A DNA stretch of 64,000 nt from Thermoplasmata archaeon. GTDB taxonomy: Archaea > Thermoplasmatota > E2 > JACPAO01 > JAHFTW01. The position numbers and the translations under genes are program-made. The notes beneath the pieces are model-generated. The model had not been told where the DNA came from, made no database searches, and saw only the letters and a program-made list of their open reading frames with translations. The DNA is taken from assembly GCA_023269235.1 (NCBI GenBank), contig JAHFTW010000002.1:119294-183293 (forward strand), in the 5' to 3' direction. Within the stretch, counting starts at the first letter, position 1; each line of letters begins with the position of its first letter. This document shows, piece after piece, positions 1 through 9,400 of the stretch.

Positions 1-1
1 C

Positions 2-1750
2 GGCGAGGCGCGCGTCACGCTCCCCGTCCCCCCGGGGGCAACCGGGCTGACGATTGGGTTCCTCGCGGACCGCTCGATTCGGCAGACCTCGGAGCAGCCG
101 CTGACGCCCGTGCTGCAGCAGCAGCTCGTCGTGTACGACGCCGCCGGCCTGCAGGCCTCCTCGTTCAGCGTCTACGACCCGTCGGCGCCCGCGCAGCTGA
201 CGCGCCTGCCGTTCGCGTTCACCGTCCCCCTCGCCCCCGGCCGCACCAACGTCAGCGCCGGATGGTCGTTCGCGGACCGCGGCGGCCCATCCGGCCAGGT
301 GCTCGTGAGCCCGCTCTCGGGCCAGGGCTTCGAAGCCGTGGTGGACCAGCCGACCTTCACCTTCACCGGGCTTCCCCTCGCGGTGGAGCGCGTCCACCAG
401 GAGCGCATCGGGGTGCGCGGCGACGCGGTCGCTTCCTTGACCACGGTGCAGGTCCGCCTGGAGCCTTGGATGCTCAGCCGTGGGGCCGCGGCCATCCTCG
501 TGCGCGTCCCCGCCACGCTGGCGCTCGACGGCGCCTCTGCCCCGGACGGGGTCGAACTTGCCAACGGTGACGTCGCCGCCCTCGACCAGGCGGGGGAGCG
601 CCAAGTGACCATCGCCGCCGCCGCGACGGTCGCGCACGGCCCCGGGACGTACACGCTTCGGTTCCTCTCTGCCTCCACGCTCCAACCCGTGGCGGCCCTC
701 TACCCCTTCGCGCTTCTGATCCTCTTCGTCCCGGTCGCCGCAGGGGGCGTCGCCTTGCACAACACCCGCAACTTCTTGCGCCAGGCGCCCACCGGGTTCC
801 GCCGCACGGCGCGCATCTTGGTCCGCAGCGTCCTCGCCCTGCTCCTGGGGTACCTCCTGCTGCCTGGTTCGGTCATCCTCTCCGGCGAGATGCCGCTCCT
901 GGCGTCTTGGCCGCTGGAGGGCGAGGCGGGCCTCATCTACATCCTGGTCGGCGTCGCCTTCCTCGCCTTCATCGGGTTCGACGTGGCGGGCCGGCGCAAC
1001 CTCGCGCGCCTTGCCGCCCTCGACACGGCGGCCCGGGAACGCTCGGCCCAAGCCCTGGCTCGCTCGAACCGCGACCTCGAGCAGTTCGCCTACGTCGCCT
1101 CCCATGACCTGCAGGAGCCGCTTCGCATGGTGGCCTCGTACACGGAGCTTTTGCGGCGGCGCTACGGCGGCAAGCTCGACGCAGAGGCCGACGAGTTCAT
1201 CGGCTACGCCGTGGACGGCGCCACGCGCATGCGCCGCCTCATAGACGACCTGCTCGCTTTCAGCCGCGTCGGCACCGGCGGCCGCCCCTTCGAGCCGGTC
1301 CGGCTGGACGGCGCGCTCGACGAGGCGCTCCTGAACCTTGAGGTGGCGCGGCGGGACTCAGGCGCCGTCCTCCAGCGCGACCCGCTGCCGACCGTGCCGG
1401 GCGACGCCGTCCAGCTCGCCCAGGTGTTCCAGAACCTCGTCGGCAACGCCATCAAGTTCGCCAAGCCCGGCCAGGCGCCGCGTGTGCGCGTCACGGCGCG
1501 CGACCTCGGGGAAGAGTGGGAGGTCGCCGTGGCCGACGAAGGCATCGGCATCGCACCGCAGCACATCGGGCGCCTCTTCGTCATCTTCCAGCGCCTCCAG
1601 CCGCGCGACGCGGCCCCCGGCAACGGCATCGGCCTCGCCCTCGTCAAGCGCATCCTGGAGCGCCACGGGGGGCGCGTCTGGGTGGAGTCCGTCCCAGGCG
1701 AAGGGTCCACATTCCACTTCACCCTCCCCAAACGGCCGAGGCCTGCATGA
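2..1750 (+). CDS. Membrane-bound sensor histidine kinase (5'-partial, frame open from window edge)
   Basis: H-box DLEQFAYVASHDLQEPLR, N-box QVFQNLVGNAIKF, G1 DEGIGI, G2 GNGIGLAL; TM helices before HisKA. Confidence 0.93.
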   Translation, partial: GEARVTLPVPPGATGLTIGFLADRSIRQTSEQPLTPVLQQQLVVYDAAGLQASSFSVYDPSAPAQLTRLPFAFTVPLAPGRTNVSAGWSFADRGGPSGQVLVSPLSGQGFEAVVDQPTFTFTGLPLAVERVHQERIGVRGDAVASLTTVQVRLEPWMLSRGAAAILVRVPATLALDGASAPDGVELANGDVAALDQAGERQVTIAAAATVAHGPGTYTLRFLSASTLQPVAALYPFALLILFVPVAAGGVALHNTRNFLRQAPTGFRRTARILVRSVLALLLGYLLLPGSVILSGEMPLLASWPLEGEAGLIYILVGVAFLAFIGFDVAGRRNLARLAALDTAARERSAQALARSNRDLEQFAYVASHDLQEPLRMVASYTELLRRRYGGKLDAEADEFIGYAVDGATRMRRLIDDLLAFSRVGTGGRPFEPVRLDGALDEALLNLEVARRDSGAVLQRDPLPTVPGDAVQLAQVFQNLVGNAIKFAKPGQAPRVRVTARDLGEEWEVAVADEGIGIAPQHIGRLFVIFQRLQPRDAAPGNGIGLALVKRILERHGGRVWVESVPGEGSTFHFTLPKRPRPA

Positions 1751-2175
1751 CCGCCCAACGCCCCCGCATCCTCCTCGTCGAGGACAACGCCCGCGACGTC
1801 CGCCTCATGCAGATCGTCCTGAGCGAGCTCGACGACTTCCCGCACCTCCTGGAGACGGCGAACGACCTCGTCTCCGGCGTGGCGCGCGTGCGGGCCGGCG
1901 GCGTGGACCTGGTCCTCCTGGACCTCAACCTCCCCGAGTCGCAGGGCGTCGCCACCCTGGCCCGCTTCGTGCGCGAGGCCCCCGCGGTCCCCGTCATCGT
2001 CGTCACCACCCTGGCCGACCGCGAGCTGGCTGCGGAGGCCGTCGCGAAGGGCGCCCAGGATTACCTTGTCAAGGGCCGCATGCACGGTCCCCTTCTGCCC
2101 CATGTGCTGCGCGGCGGCATGGAGCGGCACCGCCTGACCGCCGAGCTGCGCGCGCTGCGCTCCCCGAAGGCGTAG
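1747..2175 (+). CDS. Single-domain response regulator (receiver)
   Basis: RILLVEDN, LVLLDLNLP, GAQDYLVK; ATGA overlap with kinase stop. Confidence 0.93.
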   Translation: MTAQRPRILLVEDNARDVRLMQIVLSELDDFPHLLETANDLVSGVARVRAGGVDLVLLDLNLPESQGVATLARFVREAPAVPVIVVTTLADRELAAEAVAKGAQDYLVKGRMHGPLLPHVLRGGMERHRLTAELRALRSPKA

Positions 2176-2180
2176 CCGGC

Positions 2181-3041
2181 ATGGCGGGACGCGCCCTGGC
2201 CGTGACCGTCGTGCTCGCGGGCCTCGTCCTGGCGGGCTGCGTCTCCGGTCCCGTCCAGGCGCCCCCCAGCAAAGCCACGCTCCTCCCCGCGCCCATCACC
2301 CTCAACATTGGAGCACGGGATTGCCTGAACTTCATCCTGTTCCAGTTCCTCCCCTTCGCTGCCGCCGATGCGTTTCTTCCGCCCGGCTACCACGCCCGGG
2401 ACCCCAAGGATTTCCTGAACTCCCCGGCGGCCACGGGGCAGGCCGCCGCCGTGGTGTTCCTGCTCGACTGCGCAAGCCGCGACGCGGACGGCAAGCCGTG
2501 GGTGAGCGGGTACTCCGGCGTGTACGTCGAGCCGCCCGCCGTCCCCGACACTCCTGATGCGGTGCCCTTGAACTTCTACGAGGTCGAGCACTTCGGGGAG
2601 GAACTGAACGGGACGCTGGCCAGCCTGGGATGGCCGGTCCATGCCTCGAACGTCAGCGTGGCCCGGAACACCGTGAGCCAGGACACCGTCGGGAAATCGG
2701 GCAGCATCACGGACGCCAACGGGTTGCTGTTCCAGTTCTTCGCGACGGCCGCGGCCCCGTATCAGTTGGCCTTGGGCCCGGTCCGGTTGTGGCACGAAAC
2801 CCCCAAGGGAACAGGGTACTTCCAGTACAACGCGACGCTCGATGCCCAGTTCGGACCGGTCGTGTGCATCCTGCCGCAATACGGCACCGTGCTTGGGGCG
2901 CTCATCGGGGAACCGACCCGTCTTCCCAACGGAGGGAACCTGGTGGCTTGCGCCCCAGACCGCGCCCGGCTGGGCGCCACCTTCCCGAACCTGTCGTTCC
3001 TAGGAGAGTTCCGGTTCCTGCCCGGCGTCCACGCGCGGTAG
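2181..3041 (+). CDS. Hypothetical lipoprotein
   Basis: ATG 2181, signal peptide with lipobox LAGC; resembles 29436..30275. Confidence 0.75.
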   Translation: MAGRALAVTVVLAGLVLAGCVSGPVQAPPSKATLLPAPITLNIGARDCLNFILFQFLPFAAADAFLPPGYHARDPKDFLNSPAATGQAAAVVFLLDCASRDADGKPWVSGYSGVYVEPPAVPDTPDAVPLNFYEVEHFGEELNGTLASLGWPVHASNVSVARNTVSQDTVGKSGSITDANGLLFQFFATAAAPYQLALGPVRLWHETPKGTGYFQYNATLDAQFGPVVCILPQYGTVLGALIGEPTRLPNGGNLVACAPDRARLGATFPNLSFLGEFRFLPGVHAR

Positions 3042-3082
3042 GCGAAGCGACGGCCGCTGCGCTCATCGCAGCAAGACGCATC

Positions 3083-3119
3083 AAAAGGAAGGGGAAGGAA
3101 GGGGAAGGGGAAAAGAAGA
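3083..3119 (-). terminator. Pyrimidine-rich tract, probable terminator of the rpl1-rplP0-rpl12 operon
   Basis: 37-nt pure purine run on + strand (C/T-only on - strand) just after the rpl12 stop. Confidence 0.55.
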
Positions 3120-3133
3120 CGGGGCGGACGGCG

Positions 3134-3436
3134 TTAGCCGAACAGGGCGCCGAGGCCAGCGGCGGCCTCTTCCTCGGAGACGCCCTTCTCCTCGGGCTTC
3201 TCCTCGGCCTTCGCGGCGGGGGCGGCGGCGCCCGCGGGGGCGGCCATCGCGACCGGCGCGGCGGTGGCGTTCTTGATCGCGGCGCCGATGTCGGCGCCCT
3301 CGAGGGCGGCGACCAGGGCCTTGACACGGCCGGCGTCGGCAGGGATGCCGGCGCCCTTCAGGACCGCGTTGACGTTCGCTTCGTTGATCTCTTTCTTGGC
3401 GCTGTGCAGGAGCAGCGCGCTGTAGACGTATTCCAT
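3134..3436 (-). CDS. rpl12: 50S ribosomal protein L12 (aP1)
   Basis: [11 protein letters not shown]...[13 protein letters not shown]; GGAGGA SD 9 nt before ATG 3436. Confidence 0.97.
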   Translation of the reverse strand: MEYVYSALLLHSAKKEINEANVNAVLKGAGIPADAGRVKALVAALEGADIGAAIKNATAAPVAMAAPAGAAAPAAKAEEKPEEKGVSEEEAAAGLGALFG

Positions 3437-3451
3437 GGTGTTCATTCCTCC

Positions 3452-4498
3452 TTAACCAAACAGCGCGCCTAGTCCGGCGGCCGCTTCCTCTTCGCTGACG
3501 CCCTTCTCCTCGGGCTTCTCCTCGGCTTGCGCCTTAGAGGAGCCGGCCGAGGCGGGCGCCGCCACGGCCACTTGGCTGAGGATCTTCAGGGAGTCGCCCA
3601 GGCGCTGCTTGAGCGCCTCGGACAGGTCGGACTCCTTCTTGCCGATGGAGGCGAGGACCTTCGCGTAGTCGGCCGTGATGGTCTTCTCGACCGCGGCGTC
3701 CACGCTCAGGTTCTGCTCCAAGACCAGGGCGATGGCCTGCTTGTAGGCACGGCCCAGGAGAGCGTCGGCCGTCTCGCTGGTGATGAAGCCAGTCTGGAGC
3801 GACAACTCGTGGGCGGTGCGCACGGCGAGGCCGAGCTGGCCGAAGATGACGGTCTCGTCCACGCCGAGGGCCTCGGGGCCGAAGACGGTCCCGGCCTCGA
3901 AGGCGGCCTTGAGGTCGATCTTCAGCTCGACGGGGCGGATCTCGAGCTTGGCGAGCAGGCCGGCCAGCTCGTTGGAGACGACCTGGCCCGCCTTGACGGG
4001 GGTGGCGTCCTTGGAGATGACGACCTTGCCGGCCTCGATCTTCGCCGGGATGCCGACCTTCTGCAGCTCACCGACGATGGGGCCGGGGCCGAAGGGCGTG
4101 TTGCCCTTGGGGATGAAGATGTCGTTGGGCGCAACCTGGCCGCCCTTGAGGGGGGCCATGGAGGCGCCGGCCTTCAGGCTCTTGAAGAGCTTGAAGGGGT
4201 TCTGCTTCGTGGCGAGGATGACGGACTGGCCGTGCATCTTGGCGGCGAGCGCCTCGATGCCGGGCTTGGCCTTGGCGGCCTCGGCGATGGCAATCTTCAG
4301 CAGGCTGTTCTTGCTGCCGACGACCGACACCTTGCCGCGCAGGCTGACGCGCATCTGCTGCATCTGCGGGGCGGGGATGCCGGAGACCTCGGCGATGGCG
4401 ACGACGGGGTTGTCCACGAGGAGCTTGGTCAGCATGGCGACCTCCTCCTTCTTCCAGGGGGCGACGTGGGCGTGGCCCTCGGTGGTGCCCTTCGTCAT
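3452..4498 (-). CDS. rplP0: 50S ribosomal protein L10 (aP0)
   Basis: HVAPWKKEEV, QMQQMR, GNTPFGPGPIVGELQ, acidic tail shared with L12. Confidence 0.97.
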   Translation of the reverse strand: MTKGTTEGHAHVAPWKKEEVAMLTKLLVDNPVVAIAEVSGIPAPQMQQMRVSLRGKVSVVGSKNSLLKIAIAEAAKAKPGIEALAAKMHGQSVILATKQNPFKLFKSLKAGASMAPLKGGQVAPNDIFIPKGNTPFGPGPIVGELQKVGIPAKIEAGKVVISKDATPVKAGQVVSNELAGLLAKLEIRPVELKIDLKAAFEAGTVFGPEALGVDETVIFGQLGLAVRTAHELSLQTGFITSETADALLGRAYKQAIALVLEQNLSVDAAVEKTITADYAKVLASIGKKESDLSEALKQRLGDSLKILSQVAVAAPASAGSSKAQAEEKPEEKGVSEEEAAAGLGALFG

Positions 4499-5143
4499 CT
4501 AGACCACCTTCACGGAGGGGCCCATGGTCGTCTTCACGTACACGGCGCTGACGTTCATGCGGCCGTGCTCGAGCTTGGACTCGACACGCTTGAGGACCGC
4601 GTCGATGTTGTCGGCGAGGTCGGCGGCGGACATGGTCTCGGCGCCCACCATGCAGTGGAACACGAGCTTGTCCTTGGAGCGGAGCTTGACGGTGTTGCGC
4701 AGGTTGTTGACCTGGGGCGTCGGGTCGGCGCCGGGGGGGACGGGGCGGGGCATCTTGCCGCGGGGGCCCAGCACGACACCGAGCGTCTTGCCGATGTTGG
4801 CCATCAGGGGGGCCTCGGCGAGGAAGTAGGTGGTGTTGTTGACGATGCGCTTGAAGTTGCGCTTGTTCTTCGTCAGGGAGTCGAACTCGTCGGGCTGGAT
4901 GACGGTGTCCGCGACCTTCTTGGCCTTGGCGGCGCCTTCACCCTGCGCGAACACGCCGACCTTGGCCGGCTTGCCGCGTCCCTTCGGGAGGATGATGTCC
5001 TCGTCGATGCGGTTCTTCGGGATGCTCAGGTCGACGTTCTTGAGCATGATGGCGAGGTCCACGCTCTGCGTGAACTTGCGCTCGAGGGACTTGGAGGCCT
5101 CGAGGGCCTTCGTGACAGCTTCCAGTGTGGTCATCTCGGCGAT
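4499..5143 (-). CDS. rpl1: 50S ribosomal protein L1 (start ATC 5143 or ATG 5134)
   Basis: RKFTQSVDLAI, LGPRGKMPRP, VYVKTTMGPSVKV. Confidence 0.96.
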   Translation of the reverse strand: MAEMTTLEAVTKALEASKSLERKFTQSVDLAIMLKNVDLSIPKNRIDEDIILPKGRGKPAKVGVFAQGEGAAKAKKVADTVIQPDEFDSLTKNKRNFKRIVNNTTYFLAEAPLMANIGKTLGVVLGPRGKMPRPVPPGADPTPQVNNLRNTVKLRSKDKLVFHCMVGAETMSAADLADNIDAVLKRVESKLEHGRMNVSAVYVKTTMGPSVKVV

Positions 5144-5155
5144 AGGAATCACCTG

Positions 5156-5190
5156 CGGCAGTATGGCGACCCGAGACGGGTCTCCTGCCG
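5156..5190 (-). promoter_or_regulatory. L1-binding translational operator in the rpl1 5' UTR
   Basis: CGGCAG-GA-GACCCG-UCU-CGGGUC-GCCAUA-CUGCCG: two helices around an asymmetric loop, just 5' of SD AGGUGA; TATA-like TAAATA at 5220-5215. Confidence 0.7.
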
Positions 5191-5299
5191 GCTTTCGTTC
5201 CGACAAGCCCCCCCTATTTAGCCATTTTCGAGGCGAAGCGAGGGTCTCCCGAACAGGGCACACGCAACCGCCAAATGGGAAGGCCCCTGGTGCGCCGGC

Positions 5300-6346
5300 A
5301 TGAAGCAGTTGGAGTCCTACCTGGTCACCGGCGGGGCCGGGTTCCTCGGGCAGGCCCTCGTCAAGCGGCTGGCGGCGCAGGGCAAGCGCATCCGCGTCCT
5401 TGACAACGCACCGCGCCCGCCGGAGCTGGCCGGCATCGAGCTCGACTATGTCCAGGGCGACATCCGCGACCGGGTCGCCGTGGCCAAAGCCGTGGCTGGA
5501 GTGGACTGTGTTCTGCACGGCGCCGCGGCGCTGCCCATCCTGCGCGATGGGAAGTTCATCCACAGCGTGAACGTGGACGGCACCCGGAACCTTCTCGAGG
5601 CCTCCGTCGCCGCGAAGGTGCCCTCCTTCGTCTTCGTCTCGACGACCGCCGTGTACGGCCTGCACAAGGAGCACCCCATCACGGAGAAGAACCGGATGAT
5701 CCCCATCGGCCCCTACGGCGAATCCAAGGTCGCGGCCGAGCTCCTGTGCGCGCAGTTCCGCGACCGCCTCCATGTCGCCGTCGTGCGCCCCAAGACCTTC
5801 CTCGGCCAGGGCCGCCTCGGCGTCTTCGAGATCCTCTTCGACTGGATCCACGACGGCAAACGCATCCCGATGATCGGCAAGGGGCACAACAAGTACCAGC
5901 TCCTCGACGTCGAGGACCTCGTGGACATCCTGCTCCTGTCTGCCAGCCACCCGAAAGGCTCGGACACCTTCAACGCCGCCGCCAACCGGTTCGGCACCCT
6001 GCGCGAGGATCTCGCTCCGCTGTTTGCCGCCGCCGGCCACAAGCCGCGTTTCCTCACGACGCCGCGCAAGACCACCATCAGCGCACTCTGGGTGCTTGAC
6101 AAGCTCCGCCTGAGCCCCCTCACGCAGTGGCACTACGGCACGATGTCCTCCGACTCCTACGTCGAGACCGACAAGGCGCGCGAGCTCCTCGGCTGGAGCG
6201 CCAAGCGCAGCAACCAGGACACCTTGCTTGCCGCCTACACCTGGTACCACGCCCACCACGACGAGGTCAAGAAAGTGGGCGGCGGCACGACGCACACGGT
6301 GCCGTGGAACCAGAAGGCGCTCGGCTTCTTCAAGCGCTTCGCGTAG
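5300..6346 (+). CDS. NAD-dependent epimerase/dehydratase (extended SDR)
   Basis: TGGAGFLG, STTAVYG, YGESK. Confidence 0.92.
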   Translation: MKQLESYLVTGGAGFLGQALVKRLAAQGKRIRVLDNAPRPPELAGIELDYVQGDIRDRVAVAKAVAGVDCVLHGAAALPILRDGKFIHSVNVDGTRNLLEASVAAKVPSFVFVSTTAVYGLHKEHPITEKNRMIPIGPYGESKVAAELLCAQFRDRLHVAVVRPKTFLGQGRLGVFEILFDWIHDGKRIPMIGKGHNKYQLLDVEDLVDILLLSASHPKGSDTFNAAANRFGTLREDLAPLFAAAGHKPRFLTTPRKTTISALWVLDKLRLSPLTQWHYGTMSSDSYVETDKARELLGWSAKRSNQDTLLAAYTWYHAHHDEVKKVGGGTTHTVPWNQKALGFFKRFA

Positions 6347-6438
6347 CGCGCGTAGAAGGTCGAGGGCGGAGCGCCTCCGGCTTTGCGCAGCAAGGCCGGA
6401 GGCAAAAGGCTCTCAGCTTCTTCAAGCGCTTCGCCTGA
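6311..6438 (+). repeat. Duplicated gene 3' end (6311-6346, 6403-6438) flanking a hairpin insert
   Basis: QKALGFFKRFA* vs QKALSFFKRFA*; 14-bp stem 6373-6403 between the copies. Confidence 0.85.
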
Positions 6439-6442
6439 GCGG

Positions 6443-9400
6443 TTACGGCTGGCATGCGGACGGCGCATCGGGCGCCGCGAACGCTGGCTCGAGGGCCTTG
6501 AGCGCGACGGCCATGCACTGGCCGTTGATGGTGTCGTGGCGGCCGCCGCCGGCGACGCTGAGCTCGGTGGCGACCCACGGCTTGACGGAGGTCGCCGCGT
6601 GCGCGCCGCACGACTGGCCGACGTGGAACGTTGCCCCGTTGCGCTCCAGCCAGAGGCCCCCGGCGCGGGCGGAGAGCCGGTCGCCGGGCACGAGCGTGTA
6701 CGGGCCCGGCACGGCGTCGAGGCCGGCAAGACAGGTGTCCCCCAAGGCCGCGTTGAGGGGCAGCGCGAGGTCGGGGCCGAAGGTGAGGACGGGGACCTTG
6801 GCGGCCGACCAGCTCGTGAGCTGGGCCGAGACGGCGGGGCCCGCCCGGTAGGGGCCGTAGCCGCCCTCGATGAGGACGAGGTCGGGGGCGCCGGAGACCG
6901 CGGGGCCGAAGACGTCGGCCGCGGCGACGCGGGTCTGGGGCAGGGCGCGGGGCAGGGCCGCCAAGGCGTCGATGCCCCAGAAGTGGCTCTCGCCCAATTC
7001 CGGCACGCTTGGATCCGTCATGGACGAGCGCTCATGGAGCAGGAAGAGGACGTTCTTCGCAGGGGCCGGGGCTGCCTGGAGCGCCTGCCGCTCGGCCAGG
7101 GTCTGCTCCAAGAAGCGCGCGCCGTACTCTTGGCTGGGCTCGATGCTGGAGCCTTCGAAGAACTCGTTGAAGGTCGCGATGACGGGGAAGGTCGGCGGGT
7201 GCGCGATGGTGGAGTCCCAGCTCCGCGAGTAGAACGACGCGCCGCCCGGACCGTCGGGGAACGCGGGGATGACAAACCCGTTCGGGCGGTTGACGGTGTC
7301 GTCGTACGAGGGCGCCACGCCAAACGAGCTCAGGCGGCCCGTCGCGTCGGCGAAGGCGGTGAGGCGGTGGTTGCGGTCCTCCCACAACGCGAAGGTGTCG
7401 TTGAAGGGCGCCTTCGGCTGGTTGCCCCACGTGAAGGACGGGCTGTAGATGAACGACCCGTCGAAGGCGGAGAGGCTCACGAGCGACTTGACGGTGCCCG
7501 CCTGGAAGTCGGCGCGCTCGTTGAGGGCGTCGCCGTTGACCATGAAGAGCGGCGTCCCGACGGCGGCCTCGAGGCGGGCGCGCAGGTCCTCCCAGAACGC
7601 GACGTGCTGCACCAAGTGGGCTGCGCGCCACAGGCCGTTGGCGCCAGGGTCGTTGAAGGACTTGTACGTCGTCGGGTAGTACTGCAGGACTGAGGGGACG
7701 GTGGCCTGGAGGCTGGAGTCGTTGAAGGCGGCGCGCAGCGTCTCGAGGGAGTGGAGGGAGAGGAGGGTGCGGGCCAGGCTCGCCTTGTCCTCAGGGTGGA
7801 AGCTGACCCCGCCGACATACGAGTCGTAGAAGAAGACCACCGGGCGGCCGCCCATGTGGAGCGCGGAGGGTTGGAGCAGCTGCGCCTTGAGGTCAACGAC
7901 GAACGCCGAGATGGCGTCCCGCGTGCCGTTGTCGAGGCGGTAGAAGGAGGCGGGGACCAGCTGCCCGAGCTCGTTCACGGGGTGGTGCTCCGCCTGGTCG
8001 TACACCTGGTTGAGCTCAATGAGGGGCGCGACGCGCAGGCCCGCCTTCGTCGCCTCATCCTGGAACGTGCGGTAGCGTTCGGCCTCGCCGCGGTGGTAAC
8101 TCACGACCGCGGTGTCAATGCCGGCCCCAATCATGGCGGCGACCTGGTCGCGGGCCACGCCCCGCGTGTTCGTGTAGTAGCCGATGGTGGGGACCTGGCT
8201 GACCACCTCCCAGTTGCCGTAGCGCACCGCGGGATCATGGGCCGGGTTCTGCCACCACAAGTAGGTGAAGGCGCCCACCAGCGGCTGAGCGGTGGCGGGG
8301 ATGAAGGCGGCGGGCGGGGCGGCCGCGCCGCCGAGTGCCGGCAGGAAGCCGACGCCGATGAGGAGGAGGCCGAGAACGCCCGTCGGGAGCAGGTGGCGGA
8401 CGCCCACGGGGGAGCGCGAACGCTGGCCGCTGAGGATGCGCAGCGCGAGCCACGCCATCGCGAACAGGGTGATGGACACCAGGGCCACAAGGATGGTTTG
8501 GAGCCACCACCAGAAGTCCGGCGAAAGGCTGCGCAACCGTTCGGCCGCAACGTCCACGGGCACGCCGCCCAAGACGACGTTGGCGACGTCTGGGGGCAGG
8601 AAGGTGAGGAAATGGAAGCCGCCGATGGCGATGACGAGCGCGAACAGCGTCGGCGTCCAGCGCGTCAGGAAATGGCCGAGGCGGTCGAGGACGTGGAGTT
8701 GGTCCAGGACGAGGATGGGCGCGACGAGGAGCACAAGGTACTGTTCGTTGACGACGCGGTTCCACACGAGGATGGCGATGCCGGCCATCAGGGTCAGCAT
8801 CAGGCTGGTGCCCTTGCCGCGCAGCCGCGTTGAGAGGTAGCCCACCGCGACGAGGGAGGCCACCATCAGGAGCGGGCTGAGGAGCTTGACGACGCCGTCG
8901 GAGAGGACCTCGCGCGGCACGAGCTGCCAGAGCGTCAGGCCCTGCACGCCGCGCGCCAGGTGCATTCCGACGACCTGCTGCCAGAAGCCGCCGGGGTCGG
9001 AGAGGAAGAAGGGGGCGCTCACGGCGGCGACGATGCCGGCGCCCGCGGCGCCGAAGCGGAACGCCGACTCCCAGCCGTGGCGCCGCACCAGGTACGGCAG
9101 CATCGGCAGGACGAGGAGGGCGGGGAAGGGCTTGACCAGAAAGGCGAGGCCGACGAGGACGCCAGCCTTGCCGGGCTTGCCGTTGCCGTAGGCGAGCAGG
9201 CCGCCGAGGTAGAGGGCCATGAGCGCGACGTCGGTCATGCCCCACGCGGCGGCCACGAGCAGGAGGAACGGGTTCCAGAGGAAGCGCCGTTCGACCTTGC
9301 GGGCCTCGTCTTCGTCGGAGCCGAAGCGGCGCGCCCAAGCCCCAGCGACCCAGGCGAGCGCCACAAGGGAGGCGATCATGGGGAGCTTCCACAGCACGCG

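Noticed and set aside
3083-3119. Homopurine GGAA/GGGGAA tract as possible triplex DNA
   Set aside because: Sufficiently explained as the pyrimidine-rich terminator of the ribosomal operon.
3134-3530. Near-identical [23 protein letters not shown] ends of rplP0 and rpl12
   Set aside because: Known shared C-terminus of archaeal stalk proteins, not a mobile repeat.
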